From positions 29,790,995 through 29,854,994 of the forward strand of contig CM074523.1 of NCBI GenBank assembly GCA_037379345.1: a stretch of 64,000 bases of DNA, in the 5' to 3' direction. Under the pieces are notes generated by a model, which was given only the letters and a program-made list of their open reading frames with translations, did no database searches and had not been told where the DNA came from. This DNA comes from Perna viridis (Eukaryota). The position numbers and the translations under genes were made by a program. Positions 14,346 through 25,289 of the stretch are shown piece by piece (the stretch's first letter is position 1; every line of letters begins with the position of its first letter).

Positions 14346-15288
14346 TTAAAATGCTTATTGTGGTTAGATGGTAAGCAAAGTAAGAATGTAACTTTTACAA
14401 ATTTTTTACTAGGATGTTAGTGCATCATCTCAAACACAAAATTTTTCACTGCGACCATTTTTGCACTCACCGAAATTGCAAAATTGTTCCGGAGACTGTT
14501 ACATTTTCAATCTTCACCGATGTGGGACTAAGACAGGAGGTAAGTTTTGTTTCCTTTTCAGTTTACGAGTAGAAATTAAAATCCGGATACAGGAATCTTA
14601 AAAAAAGAGTTATAATAATGGGTTATAATTCAGGCGTTTTGCGTAGATAACGTACGATTGTACATGTAGTACGGGGAAGAGGTTTCCAACTGCTGAACGA
14701 CTTTAAATAAGCTTGATTGGTTACGATTTTAATTCATGAACAATAGTAGTCTTTGTCTTTTAAAATGCAGTTGCGTGAAATTTGTGACCAAAAGAATCAG
14801 TACTAGTCGCACGAAGACAAAAAATAATACTTATTTTCCAAAAATGCCACTCCGAACAGTTCCGATTGTCAGTGCGCTATTTTTAGCTTATAGCTATTTA
14901 AACGGTGTAGGGTAAAATATTCATTTACCAATTTAGCCCGGCTTTGTCACCGGAACATTTTTTGGCCTTCAATTAACTGCCATTAATTTATAAGACAACG
15001 TATTTAAAATGTACATTTCACGAAATTAGAAAGATGTAACTGAAATCTCTTATCAGTACTAATTAGTCTGCTTTTATGATAAAAAGTGACAGTTTAATAT
15101 ATTTAGTTAAATATCAATATAATATGATATTAAAAAAATAAGAAAAAAAAAAGTCACAGATCATTGTTAATTAGACAATAAATTATCCTGTATATTTTAA
15201 TTATTTATTGCTGTATGACTGGTTTACATGTATTAGTTTCAACAAAAAAGGAAATCACACATGATCAAATTTATATAATAGACTGGAA

Positions 15289-15525
15289 GATGTCTAAACT
15301 GAACTCTGAATACATCGATGACCTGTCTAAACTGAACTCTGAATACACTGATGACCTGTCCAAACTGAACCCGGAATACATTGATGACCTGTCTAAACTG
15401 AACCCTGAATACATCGATGACCTGTATGAACTGAACTCAATACATTGATGACCTGTTTTAACTGAACCCGGAATACATTGATGACCTGTCTAAACTGAAC
15501 ACGGAATACATTGATGACCTGTCAA
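15289..15525. repeat. 33-bp minisatellite, ~7 copies
   Basis: Unit ATGACCTGTCTAAACTGAACCCGGAATACATTG. It explains the LSKLNPEYIDD repeats of ORF 15215-15448. Confidence 0.9.
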
Positions 15526-17235
15526 AACCAGGTTTCTTGTATAATCCTTCCATATCAATTTCAATACATGCATTTAAACCTGTATAAACTGAACATTATC
15601 CTAAAAAAACCCACAATCCCAAAGACAGGTTTTATCTTAATGTAGAATATGTATTTTTGTTATATGTAATTACATGGTGTATATCCATTCTTTTTCTTAT
15701 ATTGTTTTAGTTTAAAGTGTCTGTGGAATATTTAGATGACTTAAGAAAACGAGGTAAAATGAAAAATGGTAGGTGCAATGCTCAAATAGATTCTTTAGTG
15801 CACTAAATCATTATGAATATAAATTTTTAATAAAACATAGTTCATTCATAGGGGTCAAGTTACAAAAATGTGTGACTAGATAGATTTCTACAATACATTC
15901 AATATACATTATGAACATTATGCAATTACTTGTAAGTACATACTAAATTAACAAAACAAACATACTAACTAATAAAAACAAAGCAAAGCAGTTGAGATGT
16001 TTTGAGAAAATATGAATTCGACTTTGACCTCACTTAAAGTTTGCTTTAAAAACACAAAAACATGGGGTAACTACCGTAACTTACAGCTCAAGCTGAGGGT
16101 TGCATTTTCGTACAAAATGTTACCATAGTTACTGACTTCGCGAAAACATTTCCGACACTGTCTGTCTTCAGATAAAGGACTGACAATGTAAAATGTTCTT
16201 TCAAACCAAAAGATACATGTACTTCACTCTTAAGGCTGTACATGAATTTGTGTCTTTACTATCCCCAAATGTACATGGATATCTGCTGTCGTATTTTATC
16301 GATTTTTCACCCCAAAAATTTTCGCCCTGTCAAGATTTTAAATTTACCTTAAATATCTTTCAATCAAAAATGTAGCAAAAAGTATAAGCTTTACGAATAT
16401 GATAAATATTTTGGACAGACAGAAAGTAAATTTCAGATTTTTTTGCTATACCCCCGTAAAAAATGCACAAATCAGGTACATGTAACAGAAAGAGTCCGTC
16501 AAGATTTTTTCACTTTAACTTTCTCAAAATTAGATAATTTGTAGATCAAAATATACCGTTTAATACATACTTTAAGAATTTCTAAAACTTTTTGGACAGT
16601 CATATAACTTAGCTTAGTACACACACCCGATACCCAACATTTCCTCTTAGAAAAAGTTTATCCTGTCAAAATTTTGAATTTATTTCTGGACATATTTCCA
16701 AAACATATACACCAAAATGTAGCAAAAAGTATACGCATAAAGAATATTATAAGGATTTTTGACAGACATTAAGTAATTATCAACTATGCGGTGTCTTGTA
16801 ATCGTATACCCCTAAAACGACACAAAATCAAGTAACAGAACAAATAAATTTTGTCAAGATTTTTCCATATTGTCTGATATATATCAAAATGTACACAATC
16901 GACGTGTACATGTCTATTTACCTATCAGAAGAATAAGTTTACATTATTTGACAGACATGGTGCCCATGATGACAAATTTTATCAACAATGAACTTCATGT
17001 CAATTTGCTATATTTTGATGGGTTCACTGCCAGAGTAATATTCAAAATCAAAGATTTAAAAAAAAGACACTTCCATTTTCAAATACATGCAAATTTAGAA
17101 GGAAAAAATAATCAAAGAAGTAAATAAAACACATTTTAAAAACGAACTATTAAGAAAAAAAATACAACAACTAATTATTAGGATTTATTGTGAAAAAAAA
17201 AGAAATGGAACATTCGGTATTGTGAAGTTAAGAAC

Positions 17236-17350
17236 ATATAGCTAAGATGGTGATAGAGAGTTTATTACCCCTTTAAAATACATGGTTACCTTGGGGGTAA
17301 CAATGATTTTCTCGGGGTAACAAACTGCTCTTTCACCTTCTTATCTGTAT
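17236..17350. mobile_element. Small imperfect palindromic element (possibly a non-autonomous Crypton-like repeat)
   Basis: TAAGATGGTGATAGAGAGTTT pairs with AAACTGCTCTTTCACCTTCTTA, with inner TTACCCC/GGGGTAA inverted motifs. Confidence 0.4.
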
Positions 17351-17709
17351 GTTATTTATATATAATTCATCAACACGTCCCCGTTTTTATCGCCATTTTC
17401 TTGTCCGAATAAGTTCTTGTCAAGATTTTCGCTTTATTATTTGATACTTCCCAAAAAACCTTTCATATCGATTAAAACACTTTTATCCTTCTTTATAGTT
17501 TTTTTTTTAATTTTTGAATTAAATTTAGTAAAGCTAAAGTTATAGCCTGTCCTGTTTTAGACCAACCCGCTACGCTTTTTGTTAGGCATTTTATTAATAT
17601 ACAAGTAATGAAAGTTCTTAGATGATGATATGTATATTTTGCATTAGTTAGTTTTCATTAGTCGACTGAGCGTTAATCATTTTTTTTATTATTTCTTTTC
17701 TAGCCGTCC

Positions 17710-18327
17710 ATGGACGTCAAATCGGGTCAATGGAAAGGATATTACGTACAATACAAAAAACGTCAAATGTTTTCTACGAACTTGCAGTTCGAAAAAGACA
17801 GCGTAACTGGAACCGGAGATGACGAAATCGGTAAATTCTTGATCGAGGGGAATCTTAACAGAAAAAAATGCATTATTGAGTTCATGAAAGTATATGAAGG
17901 TGCTCATTCCGTGAAATACTCGGGTGAAGTTTCTCCGGACGGACTCACTATTAAAGGCAAATACACAATTAAAGGTGGAGAAGACATTTTTTCTATGTCA
18001 TTTCATAAATGTTCATATATAGATGTTAAATCTGGACACTGGATCGGATATTATATGCAATATAGGGACCGTCACATTTTTTCTATGAACTTAAAATTCG
18101 AAACAGACACAATAACCGGAAGTGGCGATGATGAAATTGGGTCATTCTCAGTCGAAGGAACGTTTGACAGAATGACTGGCAATGCAGATTTTATTAAAGT
18201 TTACCATGGTGCCCATTCAGTAAGGTACTCTGGTGAGATTACCCAGGATGGGTGTACAATGAAAGGACAGTACACAGTTAGTGGCAGTAAGGACGATTTT
18301 ACTATGTCTATCAATTCATGGTGGTAA
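17710..18327 (+). CDS. Uncharacterised 205-aa protein with two tandem ~100-aa glycine-rich all-beta (probable beta-barrel) domains
   Basis: Intact ORF with a clear internal duplication (DVKSGxWxGYYxQY...GxGDDEIGxFxxEG...FxKVYxGAHSVxYSGE...GxTxKGxYT). Polypyrimidine/AG acceptor ends at 17703, ATG context is good (TCCATGG), and AATAAA overlaps the stop. Confidence 0.85.
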   Translation: MDVKSGQWKGYYVQYKKRQMFSTNLQFEKDSVTGTGDDEIGKFLIEGNLNRKKCIIEFMKVYEGAHSVKYSGEVSPDGLTIKGKYTIKGGEDIFSMSFHKCSYIDVKSGHWIGYYMQYRDRHIFSMNLKFETDTITGSGDDEIGSFSVEGTFDRMTGNADFIKVYHGAHSVRYSGEITQDGCTMKGQYTVSGSKDDFTMSINSWW

Positions 18328-19924
18328 TAAACATTTAGAAAATAATCCGTATTCAAAGGAAAACATTTTAATTTGTTGAACGACAGTGACGGTTCAAAGA
18401 GGAGGGTTTCGTAGGTTGGAAGTTGGAACTCCTTTTTGTTGGAATGCATATTGTTATTTTTCCGCAAAATTATGGCACTAATGTGAAAAAGACAACCTGG
18501 AACGCCAATTTAAAATCTTTTAATCGGAACTCCCCTTCCCTGTAAATATCTTGATCCATTCCTGAACGAAGTTTTGTTACTTCTATAGAATGAATAGTTT
18601 GCTGGTTTAAAGAATTTTTCTAGACATGCGAAAATGTAATCGGTAAATTTAAAACATTGTGAAGCAAATGCAATCCTATATATATAGTCTGTTCAGGTAA
18701 TGATTAATCATACTTTACCGGATATGAACTTTATCGTTTAGCACGATACATGTCTTACAAAAAGGCGGGAACTGCTCACTCTTCCGAAGAACCTGAGCTC
18801 AGCCTGTTTGTTTTTCTGTGGTTCGTGCTGCTCATCAATGTGTATCTTATTAAACCTTGATTTACCCTCACTGGTATCCCCCATTTTTATTTGCACTCAT
18901 GTATTTTTGAATTACTTTTTATCCATTCTTTTCAGCGAGTATATTGCACTTAGTAGACTTAGTAAACTTGCGTGAGGTTCGCTGCTTACTGTCTAGATGT
19001 ATTATCGTATATTATACGGTATACATTTTTTGTTTATTTTTGAAGAAAAGACATAAATGTATGTACCGTTGTATAGTAATCTATCGTGAAACAGAGACAA
19101 TTCCGATAGAACAAAGAATATTTCGAATATAAAGCTTGTTACAATATGTCATGGTGTGTAGATTAAAGGGACTTTAATGAAAGCTTTTGTGTTGTTTTCT
19201 TTTGTTCTTTATTTTTGTATAGTTGGTTATATTTCATGCTTGAACTTCATTTTAACTACATGATATGTCATATCATTGTATATTTATCGGTCTGCCATAC
19301 GACTCTGGGATCAGGAATTGTTTTTTTTTTCGTTCTGGCACATGTACATAGACATATATCCGATCATATATGCTGAAATGTTGCACTCTCACTTTTTTCT
19401 GAAGGCAAACATTGTTTACTTCATATATTTCTGATATATCAAAATAGAAAAAAATGCCAGAATATTTTAAAATATTTAATGTTTATATCACCGTAAAACA
19501 TGGTGTTTCACATTAGTATCATGCTGGCAACCTCCGTGTGCGAACAATAACTTTAGTACCACCACACGATGCCATACCAAAAACCGAAGGTTGGGATCGA
19601 TTTTAGGGATTTTGACTTAAACCGTGTAGGAATTGTGGGCCACAATGGACCAGAATCAAGCATTTTCATGCTTTCCAAACAACAACCTGACTATTTTTTA
19701 AATAATATTTTATGGAACTGGAACCATTTTTGAAAAGGGGGCCGCAAATGTGCGACTTTAATTCTAATGAAATTCTTATTCTGTGTCAAATATTTTATCC
19801 CATTGAAAATTTAGATCTCTGTCAAGCTTGTCCGTACTTGTCCCCGGACTTCGACCTCTTTTTGCGTATTAAGCTGCGACCTGCGAAGCATGTTATTACT
19901 ATTTGAATTATCATTTCATCGCAT

Positions 19925-20545
19925 CTACCCCAAAGAACTTGAGATAACCTGATATCTTGACCTACACTTAGAAATCGATGGTAAAGGAAAACTATTGACC
20001 AAACTTTACGACAAACGTGATGACTTTTCATTCAGAATTGTGAACTTCCCTTTCATCTGTGGCAACATCCCTTCAGCACCTGCGAATGAAGTGTTCATAT
20101 CACAACTCATACGTTATGCCAGAGCTTGCCGAAACTACGCAGACTTTTTGTATCGCGCTAGAACTCCAACAAATAGGCTTCTGGAACAAGGTTATGTTGC
20201 TACAAGATTGAAGTCATCACTACAGAAGTATTATGGTCGTCATCATGAACTCGTGGATCGTTATGGTGTGTCCATCTGCACCATGAAAACTGATTTATTC
20301 AACGGTTTATAGATTTCCTTTCCTCGTTTGTCTACCCCGGACTTTCCTTTTATGAGCAACTCGGCGGGTGTTTCTAGAAAAGCAGAGGACGCTTACCCTA
20401 CCGGTGCACCTGGTCCATGCTCCCAGTTTTTAGTGGAGTCCGAGTTGCTCATTTGCTTTTGTTACTTTGTATATATGATTTTAGTTACTTTATGTTCTTT
20501 GTTGTGTATGTCTGTTTTCCATGTATGGTCTTTGTCTTTGACTAT
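19925..20545 (+). mobile_element. Penelope-like element 3' fragment (RT C-terminus plus 3' UTR)
   Basis: YLDLHLEI...LYDKRDDFSFRIVNFPFICGNIPSAPA..VFISQLIRYARAC...KYYGRH. Related UTR pieces occur at 18765-18840 and 39720-39870. Confidence 0.8.
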
Positions 20546-20679
20546 CGTAAGGTTTACACGTTGTACATGTAGAACTTTAATAGCTTTTCAATGGTGTATT
20601 GCCTTTCATTTTTATCATAATTAAATTTTATAGTCGACTAATTCATCACCTACAACAGATGGATTCTACCTTTTCATTT

Positions 20680-21140
20680 TTATGGGGCTCTATCGGGTAA
20701 ACCGATTTCTTTTACATACTTTCAATGTTTACATGTCGCATGTATTTGACCTGATGTTATGGGGTCTATTGGGTAAACCATTGAGGAATTTTAAATTTTT
20801 CTCCTTATTTTCATTTGTCGTTTGTTTTCTACGCCCTTTTTTGTTAAAGTTTGAGGCTTATATGATCGCTTAATGTTTGTCTTTTGTTATTATAAGGAGA
20901 CTGAACTTTTTACTGCTATATTATATTTGCATGTCGCGTACACCCAAACTTGCTTTGAACGTGTTATGAGGATCTATCGGGTAAACCGGTTTCTTTTTCA
21001 TACTTTCAATGTTTACATGTCGCGTGCACTAGATTTGACCCGTTATGGGGTAAACCATTGAACTGTATACGGAATTTTATTTTTCTCTCATATTTTCATT
21101 CGTGGTTTGTTTCCTTCGTCCCCTTTTTAGTTTAAGTATT
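20680..21140. repeat. Degenerate direct duplication, ~285-bp period
   Basis: TCTATCGGGTAAACCG...CATACTTTCAATGTTTACATGTCGC occurs at ~20689 and ~20973. Confidence 0.75.
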
Positions 21141-21364
21141 GTATGATAGGTTCTTTAATGAACTTTTTCCCGCTATAGTATGTTTTCAAGTTATTTACAC
21201 TCAAACTTAACCCGTGTTATGAGGCTCTGATAGTAAATATGTTTGTTATGCTGTCGCTAACAGTTTCTGTACCCCAACCTCCTTTTGTAAGGAGGGAGTC
21301 TCTTTTTCTTTTCTTTAGTGTAGTTGCACTGTACCACTAGATACTCCTATTAGTATCCTGTTGC

Positions 21365-21830
21365 TGGTTGCGACACTCATATTTCAGTCATAAATCTTCA
21401 AAATGACACATTTTTGTAAAGTGTATGTGTGATAACACTTTTAATATACCTATTAGTCTATATAGATTGTAAAAAATGTTAAAATTGTCTATATCATTAT
21501 TATGTTAATGGCTGTGATACATATATTTCAGACCAAATTCTTGAAAATGAGATATTTTTTTGCAAATTGAATAAGGGCGAACACTTGAAATTACTTTTAT
21601 GGTCTTATATTATGGTTTAAAACGTTAAAATTGTCACAATAGGCGTTATATGTTTGGCTATGACATATTGATTTCAGTTCAATTACTTAAAAATGTCACA
21701 TTTCTGCTTTTTGTTAGGATGCGAACAGTTTTAATTTCAATAATGGTCTAAAATTCGTGTATAAGATATTAAAAACGGCAATATTGTTGTCCTTTTCGAG
21801 GTTGCGACGAACGACATATTTCTGCCAATT
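21365..21830. repeat. Degenerate ~145-bp tandem repeat, ~3 copies, present only in the left arm
   Basis: Recurrent CATATTTCAG...AAAATG..ACATTT...GTTAAAATTGTC at ~21378, ~21522, ~21668 and ~21815. Confidence 0.5.
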
Positions 21831-22209
21831 GAAAGCTAAGGGAATAAACATTTTTTATTATTTTTGAAATGGTCTTGTTATTATTGCTTAATGTGTTTAA
21901 TTTGTCAATATCAAAAACATACGAGTGTCTCCGACACAAAATTATTTCGGTATCAATTTTGAAAAAAAATAATTTACGTTTAGAAATCGTATGAGCGCGA
22001 TCATTTTCAATCAATAACAAATGTACTTCCGGTTAATATTTAAAAAAATTTCAATGAATAATGAATTGCGGCACCTGTAATAATTAAAAATTACTTTAAA
22101 ACAATCTTGTTTAAAAATTATTTTAATTGCTGTCATAGAATTATGATATGCACGTTGCGTGCGAAAAAAGACAGAACAATTTGTTTGATTGACCAATCAA
22201 AATTATTCA

Positions 22210-22375
22210 CACGCCCGATTCCCCTATTCATTTACCCCATACCCAATGCCAAATTACCCATTGCCCCATTCCCCATTGCCCCATCCCCCATGCCCCATTG
22301 CCCCATCCCCCATTCCCCATGCCCCGTTCTCCATCGCCCATTCCCCATTGCCCCATTCTCCATCGCCCCTTACCC
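22210..22375. repeat. C-rich simple repeat (CCCCATT/GCCCCAT)n
   Basis: Seen directly. It generates the spurious Pro-rich ORFs at 22107-22448. Confidence 0.85.
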
Positions 22376-22728
22376 AATAAAATGTGAAGTTTATCCCATA
22401 CAGGTTCTGTATAATCGTGTATGAAACAAAAACATTTTTATTTTTCATTTTGAATGATTAAAAGAAATATAAAAGCATCTTTACGTTATAGCACAAATTG
22501 TTTTAATCTCTAATAATCTTTTTTTTATCGTCCAGTTAAGTGTTTCGGTTTAGTGTCCTTGTTAGACAAATAAGTAGTGTACACCCGACGCAATTCTATG
22601 AATATAAATAAGTTTCATCATTTAGTAACAGTGATTATCGAACCAAAACTTTTTTTGTGACGCTTGGTATACTTATACTTGTATTTTTTAATAAAAAAGG
22701 GAGATCACCCTGTTTTTCTTTTTCAGAA

Positions 22729-23090
22729 ATGTCATTCCTATGTGAGGTATGCGGAGAGACATTTGAAAACAAAAAGAATTTTATCCATCACCATAGAACT
22801 TTCCACGACCTCCATCGTATTCCTGTCGTATATACGGAATGGAATTTACACGCAATTATAACAGAAAACGACATGAAGGCAAAATTCACGGCGAACGTTC
22901 AACAGGTGAATGGTGTTCATGTGTGAATACATCCAATATGACTCTAAACCAAAGGTTTCCTTTTTCGCGCTGTTCTAAAATATTGAGTCGGAAAGACAAC
23001 TTAAAGATGCACATCCGGTTGGTTCAGAGAACCAGAAAAATATTCATCAGAGCATCACCTTGCCATCCAGAACAATGCAAATATATGTAA
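22729..23090 (+). pseudogene. Three-finger C2H2 zinc-finger gene, left-arm copy (frameshifted)
   Basis: CEVCGETFENKKNFIHHHRTFH, then a frameshift near 22810, then EFTRNYNRKRHEGKIH and RCSKILSRKDNLKMHIRLV. Confidence 0.7.
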
Positions 23091-23606
23091 AATCAGTACA
23101 CAGAGATGTTATGATAGGGCCGATTACAAACCTTTCGTACATATGTGAACCACAGAACACTGTTACATTACAACCGTATCTGTATTCGGTCTCCAGTTGT
23201 TGTCATGGATAAGGACCGTTTCAGGAATAGTTTTTGTATACATATATAACTCAACTACTTCGATCACCTATGAACACTTTAATATTTTTCTCGTATTTGA
23301 TAATTGATGGATTAATTGTTGAAGCTTGATATATTGGTGTTCTTTCTATATATAAGTAAGGACAGTGCCCCTTATGGAGTTCTGTGAATCAATCATACGT
23401 AACTTACATCTTGGCACCTCTATTGACATGTTCCTTCCGCCATCGGCTACATGTATAATCGTTAAATTTCAACCCATTTCTGAGCAAGTATTGTAGGATG
23501 GGAAAGGCATTGTATCATTTAAAGTTATGGCACAACAATATATCTGTCTTTTCGATACCGCAACTTCATAAGTCTTCTGTTGTATCTTCTCCCTTAAAAT
23601 TTAGTC

Positions 23607-24097
23607 GCCCCGTGCAGGTCCAGGTGTTAAAAGAATAGGCCTGCAGCAGCGCTAAGCTTGTCGTATAAGGCGACTAAATAGTGCTCAGAAACCTAGCCGG
23701 GGGCTAGGCGCTATGTCCACAGAGCAACTGGGATGTGTGCCCCAGGTGGTGGAATGGGGTACCCCTGGCGTGTTACATGCTGGGGTTGTCAGGCTACAAT
23801 ACGGAAAACCTGACCGCAAACCATAGTGGTGCACCGTGTTGGGAAAAATGCCACGTTCCTCGCACGTTAAAGAACCCTGCTGTGGTATTCGATAGGAGTA
23901 GGAACCTTTGCGCTCCGCCACAGGAGACTAAATTGCCCTACCTTACCCATCCCCCCTTTTTCCAGTGGCAATCAAGATTTGTCGACCCTTTTTTTCATTT
24001 CATGTTCATTTTATCATCAATTTCATGTTCATCGTCTGAATATAGCTGAAATATTGCTGCTCGGACGTTAAACCCCAACAAACAAACAAACAAACAA
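23607..24097 (+). mobile_element. SINE-like non-autonomous retroelement with 11-bp TSD
   Basis: AAAATTTAGTC at 23596-23606 and 24098-24108. Tail GCTGAAATATTGCTG...CGTTAAACCCC(AACA)n. Absent from the homologous site in the right arm (~28200-28245). Confidence 0.85.
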
Positions 24098-25289
24098 AAA
24101 ATTTAGTCACATGGACTCTCTGCCGTCTTTCTCTTGGCATACTGTGCTAACTATTTTGTACGACACACAAGTTTGATCAATGTTCGATAGCTCCAAACTT
24201 CGTAGTAAGACAGTTATAACCAGCTCCATGGGGTCGAATCTTCTTGTATCTGTCTTCCGTTATCGGAGGAAATCCATGTTGATCAACCTTGGCTTTGGTC
24301 GTTATCAGGGAATTAAGGCTTCTCATATGAGAAAAATTAAGTGTTTTGAATTTAATTGAAAGTTTTACGATATCATCTTTTTAAACTTAATTAGGGTATC
24401 TTGCACTTTATGTCCTTGTTTTTAGGTCCAGTCTTCAATTTTGGTCCTGATTCTTTTATTGAAGTCATCTTGTACAACAAATTTGATGTAGACTATACTT
24501 GTGACTATGTATAAACATTTTTGTATATTATTTGTAATAAAATATATGGACACATATCTCTTCTTGTTTCTCAACATACAAACTGATTAAGAATAACAAA
24601 GTGCAACATCATAACAAAATGAACAAACCCCGAGAAAACAAAGGAAGCCTTTATTGTAAAGCAAGAATATCTAAAACTCGGAGAAAACATTCATTTTACT
24701 TTAAAAGTTTCATGAACATCTTGATATGACACTAAATGCAGTCGGAAAACATCTCTTGAAAAATACCACAAGTTACTGGAAAACCTCAATGAGCCTCGCG
24801 AATAAAACACAAACTAGCAGCTACAACAAAAAGCAGCAGATTTTCGCCCATATTCAAGCAGAAACAAAGATACCTCAAATATACAACCAGCAGTAGCAAA
24901 AATATCCCCATATTCGACAAACAGCAGCAGAAATACCTCCATATACAAGCAGCAGCAGGAAGGATGACCCCGAATACGACCAGAAGCAGCAACAGAAATT
25001 TCTCTTAACGTACAAGCAGCAACAGAAATTTCTCTTAACATACAAGCACAGCTGATTCAGCAGCCACCGGAAAGAGGTTCAACACTAGTAGGGTCTTGCT
25101 TTAATAATAACATTGATAACACAAAGGTCTAACACCAAGCCTTAACACAAAGGTCTAACACCAAGCCTTAACCAATACAAAACCTGCGATAATCGCAAGT
25201 AACCCGGCAACTAACTCTATTCGACCGCAAAGTGCATCTCCTTCTAGAACTGTAACCTAATCTATAAATAATTTCTCACATATATTGGC

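Noticed and set aside
15215-15448. ORF with LSKLNPEYIDD repeats, or a CRISPR-like array
   Set aside because: A contiguous 33-bp minisatellite with no unique spacers. The frame is open only because 33 is divisible by 3, and it breaks mid-array.
22107-22448. Proline-rich and Gly/Trp-rich ORFs
   Set aside because: Products of a CCCCATT simple repeat.
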